Below, in pieces: positions 13,549 through 26,794 of a stretch of DNA of 64,000 nt. Source of the DNA: Neoconidiobolus thromboides FSU 785 (lineage: Eukaryota; Fungi; Entomophthoromycota); the NCBI GenBank assembly GCA_025603075.1, contig MU626291.1:80078-144077 (forward strand). Direction: 5' to 3'. How positions within the stretch are numbered: the first letter of the stretch is position 1; each line of letters starts with the position of its first letter. The position numbers were made by a program, and so were the translations under genes. Under the pieces are notes generated by a model, which was not told where the DNA came from, made no database searches, and saw only the letters and a program-made list of their open reading frames with translations.

Positions 13549-14505
13549 AATATATACTTACCACTGTACCCCTTGAATAATTAATCAAATAACTTCCTTT
13601 TTTCATTAATTTTAATTCCCTTTCACCAATCATTTCTTTAGTATCCTTCGTTTCCGGTACATGTAATGTAATAAAATCACACATTCCCAATAAATCTTCT
13701 AATTTCGTGATTTGAGTTGCTGTTCCTAAAGGCATAATTTGCAATATATCATAAAAATAAACTTGAATTCCTAAACTTTCCGCTAATACAGAGAGTTGAG
13801 AGCCAATGTGACCGTAACCAATAATACCTAATTTTTTGTTACGAACTTCATAACAGTTTTTACTAACTTTGTTCCATAATCCATTATGCATTTCTTGATT
13901 ACGATCCCCCATTTGACGAGAGAGATAAATGATATGAGCAAGTACAAGTTCAGCTATGAGTAGGAATAAGATTAATATAAATATTAAACTAAGTTAAATT
14001 ATCTACTTACCTACTGATCTTGAATTGGAAAAGGGTGAGTTAAACACTGGAATCCCTCTCTTTTCTGCATAATTTAAATCTACTTGATTGGTACCGATAC
14101 AAAAACAGCCAATGGCTAATAAATTCCGGGCCGAAGATAATACTTTCTCAGTAAGTTTAGTTTTACTCCTAATAAAAGATTTAAGTAATTGTTAGTATGT
14201 GAGTTGAAGATAAGATATAAATAGAGAGAAGTAGGGATGAAATCAAATTACCTTATACCAATGACATGAACAGTTTGTATCTTTTCAATTAATTCTTCTT
14301 CCGATAATGCTTTAGTATGAGATTCTACCTAAAAATCAAAGTTAATTGAAACTTAATCAATAGATATAAATACACTTACATTAAACCCTTGTTTATTAAA
14401 AATATTAATAGCAGTTGGATTAATATTTTCTAATAATAATATATTTAATTGATTTTTTTGAATATTATGTTCTAATTGATATTTATTTTCAGTATTGAAT
14501 ATCAT
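12896..14505 (-). CDS. SER3: D-3-phosphoglycerate dehydrogenase (Ser3/Ser33 type, C-terminal ACT domain), multi-exon
   Basis: ILLLENINPTA, GIRSKTKL, FCIGTNQVDL, LGIIGYGHIGSQLSVLAESLG, TLHVPET, AAIDVFPVEP, LSPHIGGSTEEAQ, FVHDNVPGVLK. The start codon is uncertain; an upstream exon near 14640-14690 is possible. Confidence 0.93.
13507..13547. repeat. (ATT)n microsatellite in a SER3 intron
   Basis: About 13 perfect units. Confidence 0.85.
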
Positions 14506-15427
14506 ATTTGAGAGAATTGAATATAAATTGTTTAAATATAATAAGAGAGGAGTGAAATTAAATTTAACTTGTTTTTATACTTTCTTATCTTATCTCTTAT
14601 CTTATTATTAATAAATTTGAAACCATCAATAAAACTCACCTAACCTTAAAATCTCCCAGTTTTTATTATTCTTTTTGAAGTTAATCATTTAACTTATTTT
14701 AATGAGTCATCAAGATTAATTGAAACATTAAACAATTTTTTTCAATAGATTTCTTCTAATAAACTTCCAGCTCATTTATTATTATTCAATCCTAATTTGA
14801 TATGATAATCAATTGTAATATTACTATAAACGTTATTAAATAGAATATTTACCCTTTATTTTATTTATTTTATTAATCATATGAAAAATAGAGGTGAAAT
14901 TTTTATTAATAAATAATAATAATATAATAGCTTTTTGTATTTATTGAAATAGCTCAAATATCAATTTAGTTATATAGTTAAGATTAATTTACTTATCACT
15001 TTTCATTAAACAATTATATTCAGCTTTATTTCAATACTTGAAATTCTTTATTTATTCTATTATATTATAATTTAATAAATATTATAACATAATATCCTTC
15101 TAAAACCCTATTTATCATCACCTCATTCAGTAATCTAATTTCATCATCTTTAGTTATGACAATAAAGTTAAAAATTAACTTCTAAAAAAATAACTTAAAA
15201 AGAATAAATCAATGTTATTTCAATTTAAGCAACTTAAAAATGAAGAATTGAAAAGTAAAGAATTTAATTCCAATCAAAAAGAATGAGTAAAAAGAAAGAA
15301 TCAGATTGAAAATGTTGGTTGGATTTGAAATGAAATTCTAACAAATTTCCATTTTCAATTCATTATTCAACAATTTCAATTTTCAATTCAATTATAAAGC
15401 TTTATTCAGTTAACAGTTAATAAAATC

Positions 15428-16427
15428 ATGAACTTCACTACTCTCAATGATCACTTAAATCTTCCTAATGATTTACCCTTACCAAATACCACTTGGACTA
15501 TTATTGATCATAGTTTACGTACAAATGGAGAATTTTTATTATTAAATTTTATCAAAAGTGGATTGAAATTAAAGAAAAACATATTATTTATATCATTTAA
15601 TAATATATATTTACATTATTCAACGCTAATTAAAAAGATGGTAAGTTTAATAAAGAAAGAAGAGAAAAAAAAAGTTTTTTTTAGTTTAAACATTAAAGTT
15701 TGAAAAAATATTAACTATTTTCTTTTGTTTTGTTTTTTTAGGGTTTAAATCCATCTGATGATAATTTAACATTTTTATCTTTATTAACAGAAACAAAAGA
15801 AAAATTAAATTATGATATTCTTCTTAATCTTATTCAACAAAAGATAGTATTTGAAAAACAAATTAATATAATATTTGATGATATTACCCCATTAATTTAT
15901 CTTGGTTTAACTTTTTCTGAAGTATTAAAGTTAGTTAATTGGTGTAAGAATTTAACTTTCAAAGTAAGTATTATTAATTTTATTTATTAATTTTATTAAT
16001 TTTATTATTATTATATAGAATAATGGCTTTTTTATAATATTAAAACATGGGGATTTAGAATTTCAATCTAATACAATAATCAAAAATTTATCTTTATCAT
16101 TATGTCATTTAAGTAATTTTATTATTAAATTAACTCCATTAGCTACTGGTTTCTCAAGTGAAATTCATGGTCAAGTAAGTAATTTCTTTTATATTTATAT
16201 ATTTATATATTTATATATTTATACATTAATACATTAATATTGTTTTATATTGTTATTGTTATTATCAAATATTAATATGTTTATTTTATTATTATTAGCT
16301 ATCCATTCATCAAGGACCCTTACAATTACAATCTCAACGTCATGGTCAAGGTCTAATTTATCATTATAAATTAACAGATAATCAATTTCAATTATTTGTT
16401 AAAGGAAATAGTCATACAGTATTATAG
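15428..16427 (+). CDS. ELP6: Elongator complex subunit 6-like, multi-exon
   Basis: IIDHSLRTNGEFLLLNF, SFNNIYLHYSTLIKKMG, LSNFIIKLTPLATGFSSEIHGQ and YHYKLTD..QLF resemble the Elp6 family. Confidence 0.75.
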
Positions 16428-16542
16428 ATAGAATAATAATATGATAATAAAAATAAAAATAAAATATTAATTTTAAAATTCTTATTTTATTTTATTTACT
16501 TTATAATTTACGATTATGATTCCCCTTAACTCAAGCTTTAAT

Positions 16543-19424
16543 TTATCCATTTAATAACTCCACAATTTGCTCAGGTATATTAGGTATTTGGTTAGCATGA
16601 GTAACATTTTCTTCTTCATTATTGCCTTCATTATCACATTTTGAATGATCAAAATTCCAAGAATGATTCATATCGGAATGTGTTGGCACTGAAAAGGGTA
16701 ATAAATGATTGGGATCTTTAAATAAAGTAAATAGATTATATTGTACAAAAGAATTCATTAATTCATTCGAATTTTCTCTAGAGTGACTTAATGGAATAAC
16801 TGGTAATGGCTTATTGATATTATTGGAAACAGTAGTGGTAGTAGTATGATTTAATTGATTCTCCTCCCATTCTTCTTCAGTAATTATATTCACTTTAGGT
16901 ATGGGTGAATGTTCATTTGAAGGAGGCACAATTTGAATTTTTAACTGGCTATTATTATTATTATTATTATTATTTCCATTATTTCCATTTTCATTCCCTG
17001 ATGTATTATTAATACTTGTATTACTATTACTTGAAAGTACTGAATCTGGCTTTGGAGAGTCAGTTCTAGATAATGGTAAAGGTACTTTTTCTGGATCAAG
17101 AAAAGAAACTCTTCTAGAAATTCTACTTGTAACTTCATCTTCTAAATCTCTTACTACAACAATCGATTTACCGTTTTTATTATCTTTATTTTTATGTCTT
17201 CGTTCAATTACTCGATCCGCTACTTGTTGTATATAAGCTAATATTTCTTCAGGTACATTATCTTCTTCATTTTCATATCGATAAGTTTCAGCAATTAATT
17301 GAATTTGTAGAGGAGAAATGGTATCTAATGTTTGTAATGTTTCAATAAATTCAGCTAATGATTTATGAGATGAATAACATTGAAGAAATTGTAATAAATG
17401 TAATAAAGATTTAAAATGAGAAGATAAATTAGCTACAATCGGTGAAGTAGCATGGGTTCTTATCCATTCTTCTAAGACAGTAACACTCATTCTTATTTGT
17501 ATAGCTCGTGTGCGTGAACAATATTTTTTAGTATCTAATATTCGATTGAATAATTCGCTAGTTATATAATAAATTAATTGATTTAATATATGATGAATTA
17601 ATATAACATGAACTTGATAAGAATGTAAGATAGCTAAAGCAGAAGATAATATTGAAGTTATTTTTTCTGGATTACTATCTTTTTTATTTAAAATATTATT
17701 CTTATTATTTTGATTATTATTATTGTTAATTCTTCTACGTATTGATAATCGTTTTCTTAAAGGTGTTAAACCATTGGCTAATTTTTCATCATCATCATTA
17801 AACGAACTAGTTATTGAAGATAAAAAACTTTTTCTTTTTTCTTTAAATTTTGATTCATCGTTTAAACCAGGTATTGATTCACATTCTAATATACAAGATT
17901 CTAATTCAGATTCTAATTTACTTTGTATATTTCTTACTAATAATTGATAAATTTCATGAATTAATTCACTTAAAGCTAATTGATGTTCCACTGTAGATGA
18001 TACTAACCCACTATCTTTTTTTAAATAATACAATAATTGAGAACAATTAGCTAGCCAAAAGGATAAATATTTTAATTCATTAAATTTTAACTAAAAGTAA
18101 CAATAAATAAATAGAATATAAATAGAATATAAACGGAATATAAATAGAATATAGACTTACTTTAACACAATCAGCAATTAATTTTAATGCACTTTTTAAT
18201 AAATCTTGTAATAAATCGGGAGTTGAAAAATAGAAAGCAAATCTGGAACATAAAAATAATACATTAGAAGGTACAAATCGTTGTTCTTTAGAATGATTTG
18301 GATTCATTGTTGTTATTATTGTTGTTAATATATGCGGAATTTGTTGATTTGAAAATACAAACATTTGATCAGGTAAACATTGATCCCATACAAATTCTTC
18401 TACTGTTAATTCTTCTAATGTGTCCTATAACAATAAAGTATTAATCTATTATTATTAATTTATTATTATCATTTAAATTACCTCATGATATCCATAATTA
18501 TCTGAATTATGAATATTTTCTAAATTATTACCTAATAATTCCAATTGATTAAATTTATCATTAATTTTAATTAAATAATCTTTATCATTTCCTTCAGGAT
18601 CAGTTAAAGGTAAAGATTTAAAACTAGCTGAATCATCATCCAAATAATCATTAACATTAAATCCCGAAAAAGATTGAATAGATTGCCTCACTCGATGTTG
18701 ATGATTATAACTTAATATTTCTTGTAATTTAACACTTTTTTCATTTTCATTTGTATTATTTAATCCATGATTAATTATATCTAATACAGTTCTTCCTTTA
18801 GTTGTACGTGCCCCTGGTGAAGCCCCATGATCTAATAATAATTTGACAATCTTTTCATGTTGATTACTCATTGCCCACATTAACGCTGGCCAGCCATCTA
18901 ATTAGTAAATAAAGACAAATTAATACCTCTTCTTAACAATAATAAAACAATAAAAACTATTTTTTACTTACTTTTATCCTGTAAATCAAGACTAGCCCCA
19001 TTTTTCACTAACACTTCTGCTACTTCAAAATAACCAAAACAAGCTGCATAGATTAAAGGGGGTGAACCATCTTCATCTAATACATTAATATCGATATATT
19101 CTTTTAATATGTCATTTCTAAATAATTGCAAAACAGAAGTATCATCTCCACTAGATACCATACGATGTAATAATTTTCCAATTAATTCTTTTTTTTCTTG
19201 TTTCGTGTAGATCCCTTGGGTGCCAATTTCAATAGCTTCTTCTACTTGCAGAGTTAGATCTTCAACTGGAATATTAGAATCTGAAGTTGTTTGTTCTGAA
19301 GCTAATGAAACTTTGGGAACTTGTTCTATAAGGGATTAATAATTAATTGTTGTTATTTTTTATTATTGCTTAAATTTTTTAATAAAAAAACAAAAGACTT
19401 ACCATTTACTATTATATCACTCAT
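16543..19424 (-). CDS. Ankyrin-repeat plus DIL (dilute) domain protein, multi-exon
   Basis: Ankyrin repeats (DEDGSPPLIYAACFG; GWPALMWAMSNQHEKIVKLLLDHGA). DIL domain (SELFNRIL...YCSRTRAIQIRMSVTVLEEWIR; ISPLQIQLIAETYRYE). C-terminal LFKDPNHLLPFSVP. Confidence 0.85.
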
Positions 19425-20709
19425 TTTTATTATTATACAATATAGCTTTAATTTTTACAAAAGAGATAAAATTCAATAAATTCTTATTTAATATATTTTA
19501 TAACTGGAATTTTTAATAATCAAATTAAGCCACCATCTTAAATCCTTACAAATCTAGTCAACCTTGATTGGTAAATTAGGATCTTATCCAATCAAATTAA
19601 TTGGTAAAAATTTTAATAGATTAAGTTATTTTGCTCTTCTCCTCGTGGTGATTTCAAAAGTGGTGAGATACTAAGTTTTACAATGAAAAGATGGCGACTG
19701 GGGAAGATTATTATGAAAATTTTATGACAAAAATAATTAAGCTCGACCTTTTATATCTTCTAGTTTATGTGGATAGCCTTTATTTATTTAATCTACTACT
19801 TTATTCATTAACACTTCCAAAAACACTATTTTGAAGACTTTAATAGATTCTAATTACAACTTCAATAGTTACTCCTATTGGTAGATTTTAAGGCCATTAC
19901 CATTTTTGGTGTCTTTTTTGATGAATTAGTATAATCTTTAATTTATTAATAGAGATTATTAAATTTTCAAAGTTAAATATTTTTAATATGAATTAATATT
20001 ATGCTAATATAATAAAAACAGTTACGAATCATATATATAACCTATAGTTAGTTAAATTATAATTCTATTAATAGGGATGAATCTAAAAAAGACAATGTTT
20101 TTGATTTCAGTACTGAATTATAATTTTTTGGAATTTTGAGCGACTCAAAAAATGAGCAAAATGTTGATATTTGAAATAGTAGAGCACCTATTTTTTGCTA
20201 AAATTTCATTAATGATTTATCTATCTTTTCGAATTTAAAAATAGATAAATTAGTGAAATAATAACAAACTTTGATTGCAGTTAAATGATTTTTTTGGATT
20301 TTTTAGTGTTGAATTCTACTTATGCAAAATTGAGAGTTATAATGTATTAGTTTTTAATTTTGCAAAGTAATTTTTGAACAAACTAAAAAATTCAGAATAT
20401 TAAGCTCCAGCTAACTTTTTTTATTTTTATTTTCACTTGAATAATAAAATAAATATAATATTTCACATAAATCAAATGATTTCAAAAGCCAATTTATTTT
20501 ATAAAAAATTTAATTTAGTCGAAAATTAAAAAACAAAATAAGTAAACAAATGATTTTGTATGAAAAAATATCAACTGACAAATAAAAATATTATAATAGT
20601 ATATAATGCTAATATACTATCAGCTGAAAACATGATATGATAGATGGAAATAATTTATTATTTAAAAAAAATTTGTAATAAAAAAAGTTAGATAAAATAG
20701 AATATAGAA

Positions 20710-20813
20710 TATGGAGATGTATTTCTATGTTTAAGAATTTTGCCAATAATTTTTCCGCTCAAATAGCACTTAAAAGATGGGAAAAGTGATGAAGTCAAAA
20801 AAAATACTTCCAT
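20710..20813 (-). mobile_element. MITE-like family A, copy 5
   Basis: Reverse orientation: tatggagatgtattt...ctcaaatagcacttaaaagatggg...gaagtcaaaa. Confidence 0.8.
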
Positions 20814-20895
20814 TAGTGTTTTTAATAAAACAAGTCATGTTATTTATAAAAGTTCACCTATTAAAAAAATAATTCCTTGAACTTGCTCATAATAT

Positions 20896-20997
20896 TATTG
20901 GGGGTGTTCTTTTTGGCTTCGTCACTTTTTCCATTTTTCAAGCACTATTTGAGCAGAAAGGCTATCAATAAAATTCTTAAACAAAAAACACTTCTAT
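20896..20997 (+). mobile_element. MITE-like family A, copy 6
   Basis: tattgggggtgttctttttggcttc...gcactatttgagc...aaattcttaaac. Confidence 0.78.
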
Positions 20998-22020
20998 TGA
21001 TAATAGTTCAAATTTAAAGTTTAAAAAGCAAAAAAAAATAGGCAAAAGTAACCGACTTTATTTACTTTTTATGGAAAGTGGGTTAATTTGAGTAAGTGTT
21101 TTCAATATACTTTTTTTATTATAAAGTTGTACTTTATAATAAACTAAACTTACAATATGACAATAATGTAAAAACTGATTTTTGTATGTTGAATTTGATT
21201 TTGGTTTTGGTTTTGATCTTAAACAAAATCACTAGTATTAAAATCCGATATTTAAAAAAAACAAATGACCATTAAAACATACAAGGCAGTAACATGCTTT
21301 TGATACTTTGATTACTCGCGTTTTCTAGCTATACAAAAAAACTTATTTATTAATTTCAACTTAACGCCTCATTTTATACAAAAATAGAAATTTCCATTTC
21401 ACTAAGCTTTTTAAAAAAATAAACTCAAACCTTGAGATTAAATTTAGAGAATTAGCAATAAATTATAAAAAAATAATCCAAATAGAAAAAGCAAACTTTT
21501 ATTGAATATTAAAAATTTCGTTTAAATGCTTCTTTCACAATTTGTTTCTCATATACGCCACTTCAATAGCACTTGGTTCCGCTATTCTTTACTCTATTAT
21601 CTCTCTTGCAGCTACGAAAAAGTCAATTATACAGGGTTCAACAAACTGAAGATAAATCATTTGATCTGACAATTGCTAATCTATTCTGCTTCTGATGAAA
21701 AGCTGTTCATTAATTAGCCAATAGAATGAGTTGAAGAATCAAATCACCTATTATAATTGGCAAGTTTCTTGTATACCTATGCTATTTTCAATCAGAATAG
21801 GCAAGAGCATAAAAAATTCAATATCATCTGATGCGGAATCACAGCAAACTGACGAAATTCAGAAATTTAATGAGCGCATGATCTAGCTATTCTTTAATTA
21901 AAAAGTTGGAACAAGAAATATAAAAGAAGAGTTGCAGACGATTGACTTTTAAAAAGTAGATCAACTTATCTTTTTTATTATTTTTTTTTTAAAAGCTTTT
22001 TTATAGCTTAACTAATTTTC

Positions 22021-24087
22021 ATGATGAACTTCAAATCTTCTGTTGTTTTATTTGTAATTGCTCTAGTAGGTGGCAACTCCGTATTAGCTCAAGGTAAACA
22101 TTTTACCCCAACTGATTTGGTTACCATGGCCCGTCCAGGTTTCTTTGCTCCTTCTCTAGATGGTGATAAAGTAATTTATTCCGCTACCACCTATGATAAA
22201 GGAACCAATAAGAAAACTACCAAAATTAATCTTTTGGAAGTAGCTACTGGAAAAGCTAGTGATATCACTTCATTGACCACTACCGATTTCTCAGATGTTT
22301 CATTCATTGATAAAGATCGTGTTGCTTTTGTTTCATCTCGTTCTGGAACTCCTAATGTTTATACTTTAGACCTTAATAGTGGTGCCAGTTCTTTAAAACA
22401 ATTAACTAATTTTACTTATGAAGAAGTTAATGGAGCTCAATTCAACTTTAAAGCTGGTAAAGTTATCTTTTCGACTGGTGTTTCTGTAAAAGAAAAGGAA
22501 TCAGTGCATAAATATAGTACTGCTAAAACTTTTGATCAACTTTATATTCGTCATTGGGATACATGGTATGACTATATTCATCAACATGTTCATGTTGCTG
22601 ATTTAAGTGTTGACAAAATTACCACTGAAGCTAAGGATCTTTTAGTAAGTAGCCCTAAACTTGAATCTCCTATTCGTCCAGATTATGATTCAAGTAACTA
22701 TGTCCTTTCTCCAGATGGTAAATTGGTTGCTTTTGTTACTCGCCCAGATACTAGAACTCAAGCTTGGAAAACTACTCTTGAGCTTTACCTTGTCCCTACT
22801 ACCGGTGAGCCTAAACTTGAATTAATCTCTGAAAAAGGATTAGGTGCTATTTCAAGCCCTAAATTCTCCCCAGATGGTAAATATCTCGCTTGGGTACAAA
22901 TGAATAGTGATAACAATGAATCCGATAAAGGATTAATCACTTTGTATGACCTTAAAACTAAGACTAGAAAAGTACTTAACCATAAATGGGATGCTCAGCC
23001 AGGAGAGTTTACTTTCTCTAATGATGGTAACTCCCTTTACCTTAGTTTAGCTGATGATGGACATAACAAATTATTCGAATTCAATATCAAAACTCAAGAA
23101 TATAAAGCTATCGTAAAAACTGGAACTTCAGGTGTTTTAGCTGAATACAATGATAAGCTTTTAATTACTAAAGCTTCTACCAAGAGCCCTAATGAAGTTT
23201 ATTCTTTAAGCAAAAATAATAATGAACTTAAACGTATTTCTGATATTAATGCTAACTTCCTTGAAACTTTTAAATTCAATGGCTATGAACCTTTCTACTT
23301 TATTGGTGCCTTAAAGGAAAGAGTTCAAGGTTTCTTAATTAAACCACCAGGTTTTGACCCAAAGAAGAAATACCCAGTTATGTTTTGGGTACATGGTGGA
23401 CCAGAATCTTCCTTTAATGATAATTGGTCTAATCGTTGGAACTACCAAATTCCAGCTAATGCCGGTTATGTAGTTGTTTCTGTTAATTTCCATGGTTCTC
23501 CAGGATGGGGTAATAAGTTTACTCAATCTATCTTACGTAACTGGGGCTCTTATCCATTTGAGGATTTAATGAAAGGTCTTGATTTCGCACTTGCTAAATA
23601 TAATTTCTTAGACTGTGAAAAGGTAGTTGCTTGGGGAGCTTCCTACGGCGGTTTTATGATGAATTATATCAATGGTCACACAGATCGCTTTAAGGCGCTT
23701 GTAGTTCATGATGGTACCTTTAGCACTGAAGGCTCTATCTATAACACTGAAGAACTTTTCTTTATGGAAAATGAATTTGGAGGTGTAGGATGGTCTAAAG
23801 AAGCTAGAGAAAACTTTAAGAAATTCTCTCCACATAATTTTGTTGAAAATTGGAAGACTCCTGCTTTAATTATCCATGGTGGTAAAGATTATCGTCTTGT
23901 CGATACTGAAGGTATTAGTGCTTTCACTGCTCTCCAACGCAAAGGTGTTCCATCTAGGCTCCTTTATTTCCAAGATGAAAACCACTGGGTTCTTAAAAAT
24001 GCTAACTCTCTTAAATGGATGCATGAAAATCTTGCTTGGTCCGCTAAGTGGCTTAATTACACTAATCCTTATGAGATTGAACTTTAA
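22021..24087 (+). CDS. Secreted S9 (prolyl oligopeptidase family) dipeptidyl-peptidase V-like, intronless
   Basis: 688-aa ORF with a signal peptide-like N-terminus and beta-propeller repeats; HGGPE, nucleophile GASYGG, HGGKDYR and catalytic His in DENHW. Confidence 0.93.
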   Translation: MMNFKSSVVLFVIALVGGNSVLAQGKHFTPTDLVTMARPGFFAPSLDGDKVIYSATTYDKGTNKKTTKINLLEVATGKASDITSLTTTDFSDVSFIDKDRVAFVSSRSGTPNVYTLDLNSGASSLKQLTNFTYEEVNGAQFNFKAGKVIFSTGVSVKEKESVHKYSTAKTFDQLYIRHWDTWYDYIHQHVHVADLSVDKITTEAKDLLVSSPKLESPIRPDYDSSNYVLSPDGKLVAFVTRPDTRTQAWKTTLELYLVPTTGEPKLELISEKGLGAISSPKFSPDGKYLAWVQMNSDNNESDKGLITLYDLKTKTRKVLNHKWDAQPGEFTFSNDGNSLYLSLADDGHNKLFEFNIKTQEYKAIVKTGTSGVLAEYNDKLLITKASTKSPNEVYSLSKNNNELKRISDINANFLETFKFNGYEPFYFIGALKERVQGFLIKPPGFDPKKKYPVMFWVHGGPESSFNDNWSNRWNYQIPANAGYVVVSVNFHGSPGWGNKFTQSILRNWGSYPFEDLMKGLDFALAKYNFLDCEKVVAWGASYGGFMMNYINGHTDRFKALVVHDGTFSTEGSIYNTEELFFMENEFGGVGWSKEARENFKKFSPHNFVENWKTPALIIHGGKDYRLVDTEGISAFTALQRKGVPSRLLYFQDENHWVLKNANSLKWMHENLAWSAKWLNYTNPYEIEL

Positions 24088-24171
24088 AAGGGTTGATTTT
24101 GTTATTAAAATTAATATGCTAAATAAAAAATTAATTTAAATGTAAACTATTATTTTGTTTCTATAATTTAA

Positions 24172-24271
24172 TATATGGGGATGTTTTTTTTGGCCTCATT
24201 GCTTTTTCTATCTTTTAAGTGCTATTTGAGTAGAAAAATTGTTAGCAAAATACAAAAATACATCCCCATAT
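24172..24271 (+). mobile_element. MITE-like family A, copy 7
   Basis: Perfect termini atatggggatgt...acatccccatat; short internal deletion. Confidence 0.88.
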
Positions 24272-24488
24272 TTCAAAATAGATGAGTATCTAGTTAACCA
24301 TGGTTTGTATAAGTTTTAAGGATACTTTTAAATACAAAGATATTATATGATTTGATATAGCCAAATGGTTTAAGTAATGTGTAATACTTAAGGGAAATAA
24401 TTATATATTATATTTTTTAAAGGACAATTTGTAAATTACAAAAATGAATTAAACTGAAACTTTAATGAGTATTATTTTAAAATTAGAA

Positions 24489-26022
24489 TTAGAAGAGTAA
24501 TCTTAAAAGTTCATCGGCTTCGGTATTAACATAAAATTTTAAAGGCTGTTCGAAACCATTGCTAAAATAATAGGTCGTAAATAATGATGAATTATAAAAA
24601 ATAAATTGTTAACTTACAACTCCATATTAAAACAAGTAGAATAAGCCCCCATATTTTCAAAATAAAGCCAGTCATTTAACTCTAATTCTGGCAGCCTTAA
24701 GTTAGAATCTGTATTAATTTTATCTTTAGCTCCTAACGCTGGTCCCCACAAAGTACAAAACTGTAAGTTTTGCTCTGTTATTTCAGGTAAATAGAGCCCA
24801 TTTCGAAATAAAAGCTTAGGCTCGTATAAGATCTCTGGAATAAATGCCCCTTCTGAAAAGGATTTAAATACTCCATCATTCAAGTAATCTAAAATTTAAT
24901 TTAATTTTACTATTATCTTTTATAAATAAATTAGTACTTACACATAATAGATTTCTCTTCGCTATCATTATAGCACACTCTCTTACCAATGACAGTGGTA
25001 GCTAAGGTATAAAAAGAAGCAGCAAAAAAGCGACCAGGCTCAGCAATAAAAGTTAAATTAGCATCTTTAAAATAATCATTCAAAGATAGATTAACAACTT
25101 TTGCAATTTTAATAAATTGCTCCACATTTTTAATCCCTGGAAAGCCACCACCTATATCCAATATGGACAAATTAAAGCCAACCGATTTAGCTTGATCATA
25201 AATGATTCTAGCCCTACGTATAGTTTCTTTATAACCTTCAGGGTCAAGGCAATCACTACCAACATGAAAGCTTAAGCCTACGACATTAAGGTTAAAATCT
25301 TTAGCAGATTGTAGTAATTGTCTACAAGCTTCTAATTCAGCACCAAATTTAGAACTAAAAGGAACTTTGGAATGACAGTCCAATGGTAAAATTCTAAGAA
25401 ATAACTCAGCATTGGGATAATGGATATAAATTTTTATCAATTCATCAATGTTATCAAAGGTCATCTTTCGTACATTTACCTCTTTAGCATATTTCAGATG
25501 ATTCAATTGTTTACACGGATTAGCATAGATGATTCTGTTCGTTGATATATTATGTTTTAATATTGTTTGAATCTCTTTTTTACTGGCACAATCAAAGCTC
25601 ATTCCTAATTCTATCATCAATTTTATTAACATCTTATCCGGATTACTCTTCACTGCATAAAATGGAACCACATCTGGTAAATGTGTCTTCCATAGTTTAA
25701 ACATTTTGTAAACGGCACCCAGGTCACCTACTAAAAAAGAGTCCTGTATATTTTCATTTAATAGTTTATATTTGATAAATGCCAAGGGGTCAGTCTTTGG
25801 TAATTTTAAGATGCCCTCTTCTTGATTTAAGAAATTCGGAGACAATAAGGCTTCGTGGATAATGCTTTTTGATATACTGTCTTCGTATTTTGGTACCTTT
25901 AATTTGGCGATATTCATAGCTTCAATATGTGGGCTTCTAACTATTTTTGGTGATTTAGGAGTTAAGTCTAGCTTAAACTCACTGTCTATGTTAGGGCTTC
26001 CTACCAATAAGTTGGTGTTCAT
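24489..26022 (-). CDS. Ornithine decarboxylase-family (fold type III PLP) protein with a degenerate substrate/catalytic site; 3 exons
   Basis: FYAVKSN, FDCAS, FHVGS, DIGGGFPG, EPGRFF. Intron 1 restores MYYLNDG. Intron 2 (gtaagt...ttttag) restores FNGF and a stop at 24489. Canonical WGPTCD reads WGPALG. Confidence 0.9.
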
Positions 26023-26640
26023 GATTCAGTTTTTTATAATAATAAAAGGCATTCTATGCTTTTTATTTGATATTTATATAATGTTGTATGCTTTGTTTTG
26101 ATCATTTTAAAATCGTTGATCTTATTTTTATTTTTTTGTAAATCTAATTTTACAATGGTTTATTTTAATTTGATGATTACGAAATTTAAATTTAGTTTGA
26201 ATTAAAATTAATTTGAAACAGTAAGATTATTAATAACTTCAGCATTTTATTTTTAATCACATTCCTATATAAATTCTAGATCTTAATATAATGATTATAT
26301 AGTAATTATATAATAATTTTACAACTGATTCATCAATAGGCCTCTTATTTTCATTCCATAGCTTACATTATAAGTTATTATATTCCAACTGTTTATTTTT
26401 ATATATATGTACTATATTTATTTATACTGATTTAAGTTGTCACCGTTTGATAAAAAAAGATCAAGCCTTTTTATAGCAAAGTTTTTCTGAACCTAAAAAA
26501 TATTATGAATTATAAAATTACATAAAACAAAAATAACATTTGCATTAAGATTATGAATCTCGTTTTCAGTATTTTATAAGTGCATACACTTCTAAAAATA
26601 TTTAGTAACTAAATAACAACTTATAATTTTAATTAAATAA

Positions 26641-26746
26641 ATATGGTGAAGTTTTTTTGGCTTCATCACTTTTTACACCTTTTAAGCGATATTTGAGTGG
26701 AAAGATTATTATTAAAATTATTAAATATAAAAATACATCCCCATAT
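26641..26746 (+). mobile_element. MITE-like family A, copy 8
   Basis: atatggtgaag...ggcttcatcac...tacatccccatata; about 50 bp downstream of the ADH stop. Confidence 0.82.
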
Positions 26747-26794
26747 ATCAGAAATACTAAAAATTTTGATCTCAATAAAAAATAGTTTATTAAA

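Noticed and set aside
19563-19594. TTGATTGG-N16-CCAATCAA inverted CCAAT pair upstream of the Ank-DIL gene
   Set aside because: A plausible promoter element, but an 8-bp inverted repeat in AT-rich DNA cannot be separated from chance without conservation data.
21500-21900. GC-richer block upstream of the S9 peptidase as an ncRNA or small gene
   Set aside because: No ORF, recognisable RNA motif or repeat match; most simply promoter sequence.
24614-24883. ODC paralogue apparently truncated at ...FNMEL*
   Set aside because: The TAA lies in a gtaagt donor. Splicing to ttttag|caat restores FNGF and a normal C-terminus.
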